This document shows positions 40,766 to 51,005 of a DNA stretch of 64,000 nt, in pieces. Position 1 is the first letter of the stretch. The number at the start of each line of letters is the position of its first letter. Made by a program: the position numbers and the translations under genes. The stretch is taken from positions 6,432,001 to 6,496,000 of the forward strand of contig OY970194.1 of the NCBI GenBank assembly GCA_963708075.1, read 5' to 3'. The notes beneath the pieces are model-generated. The model did no database searches. It saw nothing but the letters and a program-made list of their open reading frames with translations, and was not told the origin of the DNA. The DNA comes from Sedimentisphaerales bacterium. GTDB taxonomy: Bacteria; Planctomycetota; Phycisphaerae; Sedimentisphaerales; Anaerobacaceae.

Positions 40766-40919
40766 GTGTCTGTGAAAGGAACTTGGTGGTCGGGTGGCAG
40801 CGGCAAGGCCGCAGGCCTTGGCGATGGCTGCATCGCATCCCAAAAATGCCATCGCCAAGCTGCGCTTGACGCTGCCACCCAAGAGTCTCATCCTCGCTCT
40901 GCCACAATCGTGTCGTACA
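40766..40919. repeat. GGGTGGCAGCG-type palindromic element (full copy)
   Basis: Same arms and flanks as 19339-19440, with additional internal hairpins. Confidence 0.75.
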
Positions 40920-41016
40920 CCCCCGCCTGCCTCCCGTGACAGAATCCCTGGATGAATCTGTCACGAGCGGGTATGATGGCGGGGAAGACAGATTTCATTT
41001 TTACAGGAGGTGTCGA

Positions 41017-42198
41017 ATGGCTTCGAGGCGGTTCACGATGTTTCTGCTGTTGCTTGTGACGATCATTGGCGCCGAGGCGCGGGCGGGGGAGTTCTATGCG
41101 AAGTGGGCGCACGGCCCGAGCGCGGACAAGAGCTTTTTCCCCATCGCTGTATGGCTGCAGAGTCCGGCCAAGGCCCCGCAGTATCGCGAGGCCGGGATCA
41201 ACGTCTATGTCGCGCTCTGGCGAGGTCCCACGGAGGAGCAGTTGCAGACGCTGAAGCAGGCGGGAATGCTGCTCATCTGCGATCAGAACAAGGTGGCGCT
41301 GGCGCACAAGGACGACCCGACGATCGTGGCGTGGATGCACGGGGACGAGCCGGACAACGCCCAGTCGCTGGGAGAGGGCAAGGGCTACGGCCCGCCGGTT
41401 CCGCCGGAGAAGATCGTGGCGAACTACGAGCGCATCCGGGCGGCCGATCCGAGCCGGCCGGTGCTGCTGAACCTGGGGCAGGGCGTGGCCTGGGACGGCT
41501 GGTACGGCCGGGGCGTTCGCACGAATCATCCGGAGGATTACCCGGAGTACGTGAAGGGCTGTGACATCGCCTCGTTCGACATTTACCCGGTGACACACGA
41601 CAAGCCGGATGTGGCGGGGAAACTCTGGTACGTGGCACAGGGCGTCGAGCGGCTGCGGCAGTGGGCGGGGGACCAGAGGCTCGTCTGGAATTGCATCGAG
41701 TGCACGAGGATCAGCCATCCGACGCAGAAGCCCACGCCGCACCAGGTGCGCTGCGAAGTCTGGATGTCCCTCATCCACGGCAGCATGGGCCTGATCTACT
41801 TCGTGCACGAGTGGCAGCCCAAGTTCAACGAGTCGGCGCTGCTGAGCGACCCCGAGATGCTCGCCGGCGTCACGCAGATCAACCATCAGATTCATGAGCT
41901 GGCCCCGGTCCTGAACAGCCCGACTGTGCCCGGCGCGGTCACGGCCGTCCCGGAGGATAGCAATGTCCCCGTGGCGGTGATGGTGAAGCGGTACGAGGGA
42001 GCGACGTATGTCTTTGCGGTCGGCATGCGGGACGGCCGGACACGGGCCAACTTCACGATCCAGGGTCTCAGCGGCGATCAGCAGGTCGAGGTGCTCGGCG
42101 AGTCCCGCAGCCTGACGGCGCATGCCGGAGCCTTTGGCGACAACTTCAACGCCTGGGACGTTCACCTGTACCGCATCGGCCCGGCCGCTGCCCGGTGA
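41017..42198 (+). CDS. Secreted glycoside-hydrolase-like TIM-barrel protein
   Basis: RBS AGGAGG; signal peptide; WMHGDEPDN, FDIYP, WNCIE motifs typical of clan GH-A-like proteins. Confidence 0.7.
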   Translation: MASRRFTMFLLLLVTIIGAEARAGEFYAKWAHGPSADKSFFPIAVWLQSPAKAPQYREAGINVYVALWRGPTEEQLQTLKQAGMLLICDQNKVALAHKDDPTIVAWMHGDEPDNAQSLGEGKGYGPPVPPEKIVANYERIRAADPSRPVLLNLGQGVAWDGWYGRGVRTNHPEDYPEYVKGCDIASFDIYPVTHDKPDVAGKLWYVAQGVERLRQWAGDQRLVWNCIECTRISHPTQKPTPHQVRCEVWMSLIHGSMGLIYFVHEWQPKFNESALLSDPEMLAGVTQINHQIHELAPVLNSPTVPGAVTAVPEDSNVPVAVMVKRYEGATYVFAVGMRDGRTRANFTIQGLSGDQQVEVLGESRSLTAHAGAFGDNFNAWDVHLYRIGPAAAR

Positions 42199-42221
42199 TC
42201 GGGTAAGAAACCGGATGGTTT

Positions 42222-42545
42222 GGGTGCCATGCTTACGCTCGCGTAAGTACGTGTTTAGCGTGAAGCCCGCCGTTCGCCGGGTGGCACCGCCAAACTCGTT
42301 TGACGGTGCTCATTCGACCGAGTCTGGTCAATCGAGACCCCACGGGCAAACAAGTTTGCCCGTGCCACCCAGGACTGGGCGCGTCCAGGCTAAACACGTA
42401 CTCGCGTAAGCATGCCTTGCCCATCGAGTGGAACATGTCTACGCAAGCGTAGACATGGCGCCCGGCTTGTCATTGCGAGCGTAGCGAAGCAATCTCCCAG
42501 GCATGGGATTGAGATTGCTTCGTCGCTGCGTTCCTCGCAATGACA
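42222..42545. repeat. Nested REP mosaic (GGGTGCCA, GGTGGCAC and GTCATTGCGAG families)
   Basis: GGGTGCCATG...CATGGCGCCC enclosing GGTGGCAC...GTGCCACC, then GTCATTGCGAG..GCAATCT...AGATTGC..CTCGCAATGAC. Confidence 0.8.
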
Positions 42546-42566
42546 TTCACCGTGTTGAGAAAGTCT

Positions 42567-44141
42567 CTACACGCCGAGCAGCTTCGCGTACGCCAGAAGG
42601 CGTTCGTCTTTGGTGCCGCCGAGGACCGCCTTGGTAAGCACCTTGCCGAGTTGCACGCCCTCCTGATCGAAGGAGTTGATATTCCAGGTGAGACCCTGGA
42701 ACATGACCTTGTTTTCAAAGTGGGCCAGGAGCGCGCCGAGCGCCTTGGGCGTGAGCATATCGCCGTGGATCAGGCTGGAAGGCCGCTCGCCCTCGAAGTT
42801 CTTGTTGAGGTTCGCGTTTTCTTTCCCGCCGGCAAACGCGACGATTTGTGCAACCAGGTTGGCGTTGAGCTTCGTCCGGCTCGTTGAGCCTTCCACGTCC
42901 ACGTCGAAGCCGGTCTGGATTTTCCTGAAGCCGATGAACTGGAGCGGAACGATGTCGGTACCCTGGTGGAGGAGCTGATAGAAGGAATGCTGGCCGTTGG
43001 TGCCGGGCTCGCCGAAGACGATGGGGCCCGTGGAATACCGAAGCCGCTGGTTATCCACGTTCACCGATTTCCCGTTGCTCTCCATGTCCAACTGCTGCAG
43101 GTGCGCCGGGAAGCGCAGCAGAGCCTGGCTGTAGGGCAGTACGGCGGTGCAGGGGTACATGAGGAAATTCCGTTCCCATACGCCGATGAGGGCATCCATC
43201 ATGGCGGCATTGTCCCTGATGTTCGTTTTGCACGCGAGTGCATCCGCCTTATGGGCGCCGGCCAGGATCTCCGCAAACACGTCGGGGCCGAAGGCCAGGG
43301 AAAGGACGGCGCCGCCCACGGCGCTGGTTGACGAGTAGCGGCCGCCGATGAAGTCGTCGATGAAAAACGCGGCGGCGTATTCACTGGATTTGGCGAGAGG
43401 ACTGGTGGCGCTGGTCACGGCGATCATGTGCCCGTCCGGGTCCATGCCCCTTATGCCTGCGGAAGCCATTTTCGCTCTCACCATGCGTTCATTGGCCAGG
43501 GTCTCCTGCGTTGTGCCGCTCTTGGACACCAGGATGAACAGCGTGGTTTCCAGGTCCAGGTCCGCGAGCACGCCGTTGGCGTCGTCGGGATCGACATTGG
43601 AGATGAACCTCGCCTCCATTTGCAGAAGGCCGCTCTCTCTCGCGTATTGCTCGAGGGCAAGGTACAGTGCCCTTGGCCCGAGGTCCGAGCCGCCGATGCC
43701 GATCTGCACGACGGTTTTGAAGGGCTTTCCCGTGGAACCTTTGATCTTGCCCGCGTGCACGGCGGCGCAGAAATCGGCGATTTTCTTCTGCTGTTCCAGG
43801 TAGAAGGCCCGCAGGTTCTTGCCTTCGTGGAGTACGTCCTTGCCCAGTTGGCCGCGGGTCAGGTGGTGCAGGACCATCCGCTTCTCGCCGGGATTGGCGA
43901 TTGCGCCGTTGTAGAGGCTTTCGTACTTCGCGATGAGCTGTTGCTCGTCGGCGAGTTGCTGCAGGCCGTTCAGGACTTTGTCCGTCACCTTCTTCGCGGC
44001 GTAGTTGTACGTCAGGCCGCCGCCGGCGTCGATGGAGTACGCGGCGATGCGCTGCGGGACCGGCAGCAGTTCCTTCAACGAAATCGTCTCGGTGCTCAGG
44101 CGCTTCAGGGTCGTGTAAGCCCGCGTTGCGTCCAGGTTCAT
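42567..44141 (-). CDS. pgi: Glucose-6-phosphate isomerase
   Basis: IGIGGSDLGP, SKSGTTQET, GGRYS, QQLDMESNGK, FDQEGVQLGK. Confidence 0.95.
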   Translation of the reverse strand: MNLDATRAYTTLKRLSTETISLKELLPVPQRIAAYSIDAGGGLTYNYAAKKVTDKVLNGLQQLADEQQLIAKYESLYNGAIANPGEKRMVLHHLTRGQLGKDVLHEGKNLRAFYLEQQKKIADFCAAVHAGKIKGSTGKPFKTVVQIGIGGSDLGPRALYLALEQYARESGLLQMEARFISNVDPDDANGVLADLDLETTLFILVSKSGTTQETLANERMVRAKMASAGIRGMDPDGHMIAVTSATSPLAKSSEYAAAFFIDDFIGGRYSSTSAVGGAVLSLAFGPDVFAEILAGAHKADALACKTNIRDNAAMMDALIGVWERNFLMYPCTAVLPYSQALLRFPAHLQQLDMESNGKSVNVDNQRLRYSTGPIVFGEPGTNGQHSFYQLLHQGTDIVPLQFIGFRKIQTGFDVDVEGSTSRTKLNANLVAQIVAFAGGKENANLNKNFEGERPSSLIHGDMLTPKALGALLAHFENKVMFQGLTWNINSFDQEGVQLGKVLTKAVLGGTKDERLLAYAKLLGV

Positions 44142-44513
44142 AGATTCAGCTCCATAGGTCAATCTCTCCAGGAAAACGTTCTTGGAGCCATTGTGCCCTA
44201 CAGGCGGGAAGAAGTCAAACGGTGACGCTCCATGATGCAGGGCCAACGCAGAATTGCCCGGCATATCACGCGTATGTCATTGCTTCGCTTCGCTCGCAAT
44301 GACATATGGGGCACTGCTACGGACCGACTTTGCGCTTGTCCCGCTTCGCAATGAGCCGCCAGGGTATGTGGTCGCATGCTTTGAACAAAGTGGTTCAGTG
44401 ATGAGTCCGGATGCGCGATGATGGCTGTGGGGTTTTTCAGGGAAGGAGAAAGCAAGGAGTGTTGTGCGTCCTTGCTTTCTCGTAGTTGGCGAATTCGTTA
44501 TTGCGCCGGACCG

Positions 44514-45782
44514 TTAGCGGGAACGGGCGCCGGCGAGACTGCCGCGTCGGCTGCGGCTGAAGCGCGGCCTCTTGGAGGCCTTGCGGGCGCGGAGGACCTG
44601 CCGCTGCGCCTTTGTCCGCTCCGGGCTCTGGGACAGGACGGCGGCGAAATGGGCACAGGTGAAACCCTCGTATTCCTCCAGCTTGATCTTGGTGCCGATG
44701 AACCGCTCGATCCTGGACAGTTGATCTCTCTCGTCGGGCGAGACGAACGTGATGGCGTCGCCTGCGGCGGTAGCTCGTCCGGTGCGGCCGATCCGGTGGA
44801 TGTAATCCTCCGCGTAGTTCGGCACGTCGAAGTTGACGACGTGCGAGATTCCGCGAACGTCGATGCCGCGAGCCGCGATATCGGTGGCGACCATGACCTG
44901 GAACTTGCCGCCCTTGAAGCCGTCGAGGGCGCGTTGCCGCTGCGACTGGCTGCGGCCCGAGTGGATCGCCACGGACTCGATGCCCGCCCGCTCCAGCTTG
45001 CGATGAATCTTATCCGCCCCGTGCTTGGTCCGTGAGAACACCAGCACGCAGCACATCGGCTTGTTCTGGAGCATGTGCACCAGCAGGTCCAGCTTCTGCT
45101 CCCTGGCCACGGCGTGCACGCATTGCGTGATCGTCTCGACCGGGTTGTTCTGCTCGCCGATCTCGATCAGCAGGGGAGATTCCTGGATGCCGGCGGCAAG
45201 TCGCTGGACCTCCGGTGGAATGGTCGCCGAGAAGAGCATGGTCTGGCGGTGCGTCGGCACGGCGGCCACGATCTTCTGCACGTCGGCAATGAAGCCCATG
45301 TCGAACATGCGATCCGCTTCGTCGAGCACGAACACTTCCACCGCCTTGAGGTCGATGGTGTGTCGCCGCATGTGATCCATCAGTCGCCCGGGCGTGGCCA
45401 CAACGACATCGACGCCGTGGCGGAGACTGTCGAGCTGCTTGTTCATGCTCACGCCGCCGTACACGGCCAGCGTCCGCGTGCTCGTGAATTTCCCGTACGT
45501 GTGGATCGACCGCTCGATTTGCACGGCCAGCTCCCGCGTCGGCGTGAGGATCAGTGCTTTGATGACTCGCTTCTTTCCTGTCGGGGCCTTCAACAGCCGG
45601 TTCAGGATGGGCAGCACGAACGCCGCCGTCTTGCCTGTGCCCGTCTTGGCACAGCCGATAATGTCCTGGCCGCTGAGGGCTGCCGGAATCGCCTGGGATT
45701 GAATTTCTGTGGGGGTCGTATAACCACTGGCTTGAATCCCACGCACCAGCGGCTCAGGAAGACCCATTGTCGTGAATGACAT
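44514..45782 (-). CDS. DEAD-box RNA helicase (RhlE-like)
   Basis: AKTGTGKT, PTRELA, DEAD, SAT, HRIGRTGR. Confidence 0.95.
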   Translation of the reverse strand: MSFTTMGLPEPLVRGIQASGYTTPTEIQSQAIPAALSGQDIIGCAKTGTGKTAAFVLPILNRLLKAPTGKKRVIKALILTPTRELAVQIERSIHTYGKFTSTRTLAVYGGVSMNKQLDSLRHGVDVVVATPGRLMDHMRRHTIDLKAVEVFVLDEADRMFDMGFIADVQKIVAAVPTHRQTMLFSATIPPEVQRLAAGIQESPLLIEIGEQNNPVETITQCVHAVAREQKLDLLVHMLQNKPMCCVLVFSRTKHGADKIHRKLERAGIESVAIHSGRSQSQRQRALDGFKGGKFQVMVATDIAARGIDVRGISHVVNFDVPNYAEDYIHRIGRTGRATAAGDAITFVSPDERDQLSRIERFIGTKIKLEEYEGFTCAHFAAVLSQSPERTKAQRQVLRARKASKRPRFSRSRRGSLAGARSR

Positions 45783-45967
45783 CAACTAGAACCCTAACAA
45801 GTACCTATAAAACCACGTCTGAACACAAAGACCAACGAGAGAGCGTGCTGAGAAGCGGCTTTCGAAGATACATGCGGGATCGTGACGTGCCGTCCTGCCG
45901 AAAACTACATCCCATGGGGGTATAGAACGCCTACCTCCTGTGATCCAACTATTTTCATATTACCGCA

Positions 45968-45996
45968 AATGTACCCTCGGTGTTCCCGGAAATCAA
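45968..45996 (-). promoter_or_regulatory. Putative sigma70 promoter of the helicase gene
   Basis: TTGATT-17 nt-TACATT; leader of about 180 nt. Confidence 0.45.
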
Positions 45997-46289
45997 GAAC
46001 ATTCCTGAATTTGTCCGACCTGCTGTCAAGAGGGGGGGCAGACAGATTCCAACGAACCCGCCCATACAGTATCGGCCATACATCGCCGGCGGTACGGCAA
46101 AATCTGCAAAATATGTCAACTAAGGAGAAATACTGAGGCAAATGCCCGGATTGAGGGTTTTCCCTAGTGGCCACATTGTTAAAATGGATATTAGTTAGGT
46201 AGACAGAATCGTTGTGCATGTCAGGATCATTCGAACTGCGGATAGGACTTCCGCTGTACGGGATGGCGACAAAGGAGTGAGGAACGACG

Positions 46290-47688
46290 TTGCGGATATT
46301 ACTGATTCAACCCGAGGTACCCGGAGGGATCGGATTTCGTATGGCGGCTCTGCCGGAGCCTTTGCACCTGGAGATGGCGGCCGCGACGGTTCCGGAGCAC
46401 GATCTTCGCATTCTTGACATGCACCTGGACGGCGATCTTGATGCCGCCCTGCGAGGCTTCGAGCCGGAGATGGTAGCGGTCACCTCGCTGACCCCCGAGG
46501 TCTACGCCGCGCGGGGGGTATTGCAGCAGGTCAAATCCTTCTCCCCGGAGATCTTCACCGTAGTGGGGGGGCACCACGCGACGCTTCTGCCGCAGGATTT
46601 CTTCATCCCCCAGGTGGATGCCATCGCCGTCGGCGAAGCGGAGCTCATGTTCAGGGACCTGGTGCAGGCGGTGTCGGACCGGCAAGGTCTGGACGCGGTC
46701 CCCAATGTGGTGTGGCGGAACAGCGACGGCGGGTTCGTTCCCAACGCCCGCTCGGAGGCCCGTGTCGATCTGGGCCGCGTGCCTCTGCCGCGGCGGGACC
46801 TGACGGAGCCCTATCGAGAACCGGTACTTCTTCCTGTTCGACAGACCCGACACGTCCGTGGCTACGTCGAGAGGCTGTCCCTTCTGCTGCAGCTTCTGCA
46901 GCGTTCACGAGTTTTATCGCGGGTCCGTCAACCAGATGCCGCCTCAACGCGTCCTGGCGGAACTCGCCACGATCCAGACCGAGCACATCACGTTTGTGGA
47001 CGACAATTTCCTCATGAACTGCAAGCGGGAGAACGAGATTGCCGACCTGATCCAATCGGAGGGCATCCACCGAAGGTACTCGATGGAGTGCCGCACGGAT
47101 TCCATTGCGAGACATCCGGAGTTGATCGAGAAGTGGGTAGAGGTCGGGCTGTACGCCGTGCTGCTCGGGCTCGAGGGCGGCTCCGACAAGATGCTCCAGA
47201 GCGTCAACAAGTCCTGCAAGGTCGATACGAACAACGAGGCCATCCGGATTCTCCAAAGCAACGGCGTGATCATCTGGGGCGCCTTCCTGGTCGATCCGGA
47301 CTGGACGGACGATGACTTCCAGCGGCTCCGCGACTACGTGTGCGAAAAGGAGATCACGCACACCCAGTTCACGATTCTCACCCCGCTGCCCGGGACCCGG
47401 CTTTATCAACAACGTCGTGACGAGCTGTTGACGGACGACTACTCCTGCTTCGATACGCTGCACGCGGTCCTGCCTACCCGCCTGCCGCGAGAGACATTCT
47501 ACCGCCGCTTCGCCGATCTGTACCGGCAGTACAACATCGGGCCCTATATCGACCTGGTGCACGCGGGCAAAATGACCCTCGAGAACTGCAAACGCGGCAA
47601 GACGATGCTGGACGCCATGGCGGACTGGGAACTGTACGTCGACAAAGATCCCGTCCTCGGCCGCCGCGAATCCCCATCACCCGTGTGA
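46290..47688 (+). CDS. B12-binding radical SAM protein; apparent +1 frameshift at 46816-46822
   Basis: VVGGHHATL, VGEAE, SRGCPFCCSFC, FVDDNF, LTPLPGT. Confidence 0.88.
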
Positions 47689-47737
47689 CCTGGATTCCCG
47701 AGAGCCGTGGCGCGGTACCGATTCCACCCCCCTGGAG

Positions 47738-48075
47738 GAGTGGATGACTGTCCCGAATATCCGTCCCTGATATCCCCGATTTCTTCTGAAATTCTGCCGT
47801 CTCGCATCCGACGACAATAAGGTAGGATGCCGTTGTAGCTGCTCGAACCGTCGCGGCGTGAAACCCAAGCCCGTAGGGTGCGTTCTTAACGCACGCGTTC
47901 AATCGTCCTCTTCTCCAACCGCGAACCACGCCAACCACGCCAAAACTGCACCGGACATGTCATTCCGCGAAGGCGGGAATCCATCCTCCATCGGTCCATA
48001 ATAGGTGACTGTCCCCCACACTCTCTCCGGACGAGATAATTCGTTAATTAAAGATGCGGCCCCGTTCCCCCCTTT
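47738..48075. repeat. Cluster of REP-like sites and half-sites
   Basis: GACTGTCCC twice, CGTAGGGTGCGTTCTTAACGCACGCG, GTCATTCCGCGAAGGCGGGAATCC, 9-nt AACCACGCC repeats. Confidence 0.65.
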
Positions 48076-48097
48076 AATTCTCCTCCTTGGTCTTCTC

Positions 48098-50625
48098 CTA
48101 TTCGTACTGCAGGGCCATTTTCGGGTCGACTCTGAGCGCCCGGCGGGCAGGGATATACGTGGCCAGCAGTGAAGTCGCTGTGAGCACAACCACGGTAACA
48201 ACGATACTCAGGAGATCGATGCTACTGATGCCCTCGACCGCGCTGCGGATTACCCGCGTCATGGCGACCGCCAGCAGCATGCCGACCAGCAGACCTGCGA
48301 ACGTCGATATCGCGCCCTGGCGCAGCACCAGGATCAGAATGTCCCACCGCGTCGCGCCCAACGCCATACGAATGCCAATCTCCGGAATCCGCGAAGTAAC
48401 CATATGGCCCTTGATCGCATAGAGGCCGAGGCCGGCCAGGGACAGGGCCATGGCCCCGAACATCACGGCAAGTCGGGCCACAACTCTCGTGAACAATACC
48501 GTGGGATCATTGCGATGTCGATCCGCCAGAGACGCAACCGCGACGACCGGCAAACGAGGATCGAGCTTGCGAATCCGTGCGCCGATGCTGCGCACGAGGT
48601 CAGCCTCGGCTCCCGGTGCCATACTTCTGGCTTGCAGATGGATGGATGTGGGCACGTTCTGAGCTTTGATTGGCTCATAGACGTGGGGTTGGTCTTCCCC
48701 ATTGCCCCAAGCGCTCTGTAGATTCGGTACGATTCCGACCACTCGGCGGGGCGGTGGTAACCAGTCAAAACCATACTGGATGAGACAGCCAAGGGCACTG
48801 CCATCCGGCCGGAGTTTGCGGGCCAGAAGCTCATCGATGATCACGACTTCCTCTGCATCAGGAACACTGTCGAGACGATCAAAGGGCCGGCCCTGCAAGA
48901 GCCGAATTCCCATCGCCTTGAAGTAATCGCCGTTCACCTCGTACTGGTGAAGTTCCTTCGTCAATAGGCTGCCGGACGCATCGTCTGCGCGGCCCGGCAC
49001 ATACTCGACGACTCTTGCGCAACTCCAGGGCCACCACCCCAGGTCCACAGGAGATTTACGAGACAGGCCAACCGCCTGAATCTCGGGGAGATCCTTCAAC
49101 CGCTCGGCCAACGTCTCGCAGGCTTGCCTTGCTTGAACAATGCTGTAACCTCCCGCGAATGGTTCCACACTGACGATCACCTTACCGTCCAGGCCAAAAC
49201 CTGGTTCGGCCCGGGCGGCCCTCAGCGCGGTTCGAGCCAATAGGGTCGCGGTCATGACGAGCGCGACAGACAGGGCCATTTGACAGAGCACCGACAGGCC
49301 GCGTGGCAAGATCCATCGCCTTCTTCGCGCAGCTTGAAGTACACCGCGGCCGGATTCCTTCAGGTCACCACAGAGATTGCGCCCGATAGGCGCAGGGCCG
49401 GTTTCAGGCCGAAGAGCACGGTGGCAATCACGCAGAAACCTAAGGTGGCCCCCAGGACGCGCACGTCCAGCGCGATTCCAGAGGCAATGGCCTCCCCCAA
49501 CTGCATGGGAAGCTGGCCCATCGCCGCCCACAGCTTGAGAATCCTGATGCCCCAGAGGGCCACGACCACAGCCAGGATCCCTCCGAATGTGGCCAAGAGA
49601 AGCGATTCGATCAGCAACTGCCGCATGATCCTCAGACGCCCGCCCCCGATGGCCGCACGGATGGCGATTTCCCGTTGGCGTCCCTCTCCTTGAACGACAA
49701 TCATATTCGCCAGGTTCAGGCAGGCAATGAGCAGCACGACCCCGGAGGTTCCCATCAAACCCAGGCTGATACGATCCAACACGGGCCTGTCATTGTCGAC
49801 AGCATCGGCGTTGAGTCTGGGCAACGGGCGGAGGCGAAACATGGCCCCCTCTTTATACCGGCTGGGATAAATCTGCTTCAGGCGTGGGAGCATAGATTGC
49901 AGCCGTGCTTGCGCCTCCGATAGTCCCAAGCCAGGTTTGAGTCGTCCCACTAAGACTGATGGCGGATAGTGCCATCGTTCATCCGGCTTCTCCGGCTTCT
50001 CTATATAGCATTTGTCCACAAGACCGTACGTGCCCAGAGGTAACCAGAGGTCGGGGGCGACGACGGCTGTCCCTGTGAACGTCTTTGGTACAACGCCAAT
50101 GATTCTACAGAGCGTACGATTGAGACGCACATATTGGCCCACGATCTCGGGCTCAGCCCCGAAACGCTGCCAGGTTCGGTAGCTCAGGACCACCACCGGC
50201 TCGCTGCCGGCCACTTCCTCCTCCGGCAAGAAAGTCCGCCCATAGAGGGGTGCTACCCCCAGGACGGCGAAGTAGTTGGCCGTGACGTACAGCGGATCCA
50301 CATGCCTTACAATGCCGTCTCTTACCAGGGTACAGGTTCTTGTGCCGTAATTGTGGGCGATGAGATCACTGAACACCGGATTATTGTCACGCAGGTCGAC
50401 ATAGCCCGCATATAGGACGAGATTGAACTTTTCAAACTCGCAGCGCACCAATCGGTCGGGGTCTTTGACGGGCAGCGGTCGAAAGAGCAGCGTATTGACC
50501 ACGCTGAACATAGTCGTGTTGGCTCCGATGCCGATCGCCAGCGTGACCAGGGCGATGGCCGTAAAGCCGGGTTTCTTGCACAGCATGCGAAAGCCATATC
50601 GAATATCTTGCCAGAGCGTTCCCAT
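48098..50625 (-). CDS. Duplicated MacB/FtsX-type ABC permease (ADOP-like, orphan); apparent 1-nt deletion near 49383
   Basis: QDIRYGFR..KPGF..LAIGIGANT, LLIACLNLAN, REIAIR, EIGIRMALGA, PARRA..VDP..AL.YE. Confidence 0.88.
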
Positions 50626-50865
50626 CAGGCCACCTCATAACCGCTCAACGGACCGTCCGCCCTGCTCACGGCTGCATCTCACTCGCGCTGCCGGGCGTCC
50701 GGTTGTCCTGCCGGCCCGGCACGAAGCCTGCTGCTTCGCCTACTATGACGCGTCACGCGGCCCGGCGTTAACCGTGAAAGCAGGGTTTTTCCTGCGAATT
50801 TTCCCTCCGCGGATGCCGCCAATGGCATGGACAGAGAAAAGGCCGTTCCGCATGGGCGGTCCGGC

Positions 50866-51005
50866 CTGGGGGGGATTCGGGGGACACAATACTCAATTCG
50901 GGACCGAAATAAGTAAGGCGTCCCCGAAATTATCCCTTCCTTGTTTCCTCGACAGGGACTATCCCCGCTATCCCTAGCCATAATGGGTGGCTGTCGCCAT
51001 TATTC
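50866..51005. repeat. GGGGACAC...GTCCCC REP-like doublet plus half-sites
   Basis: ATTCGGGGGACAC...GCGTCCCCGAAAT; AATGGGTGGCTGTCGCCATT. Confidence 0.65.

Noticed and set aside
4927..50625. Eight split genes as true pseudogenes or programmed frameshifts
   Set aside because: No other decay and no slippery heptamers. Housekeeping genes are affected, six breaks share one motif and two are in short homopolymers, so sequencing error is more parsimonious, though unproven.
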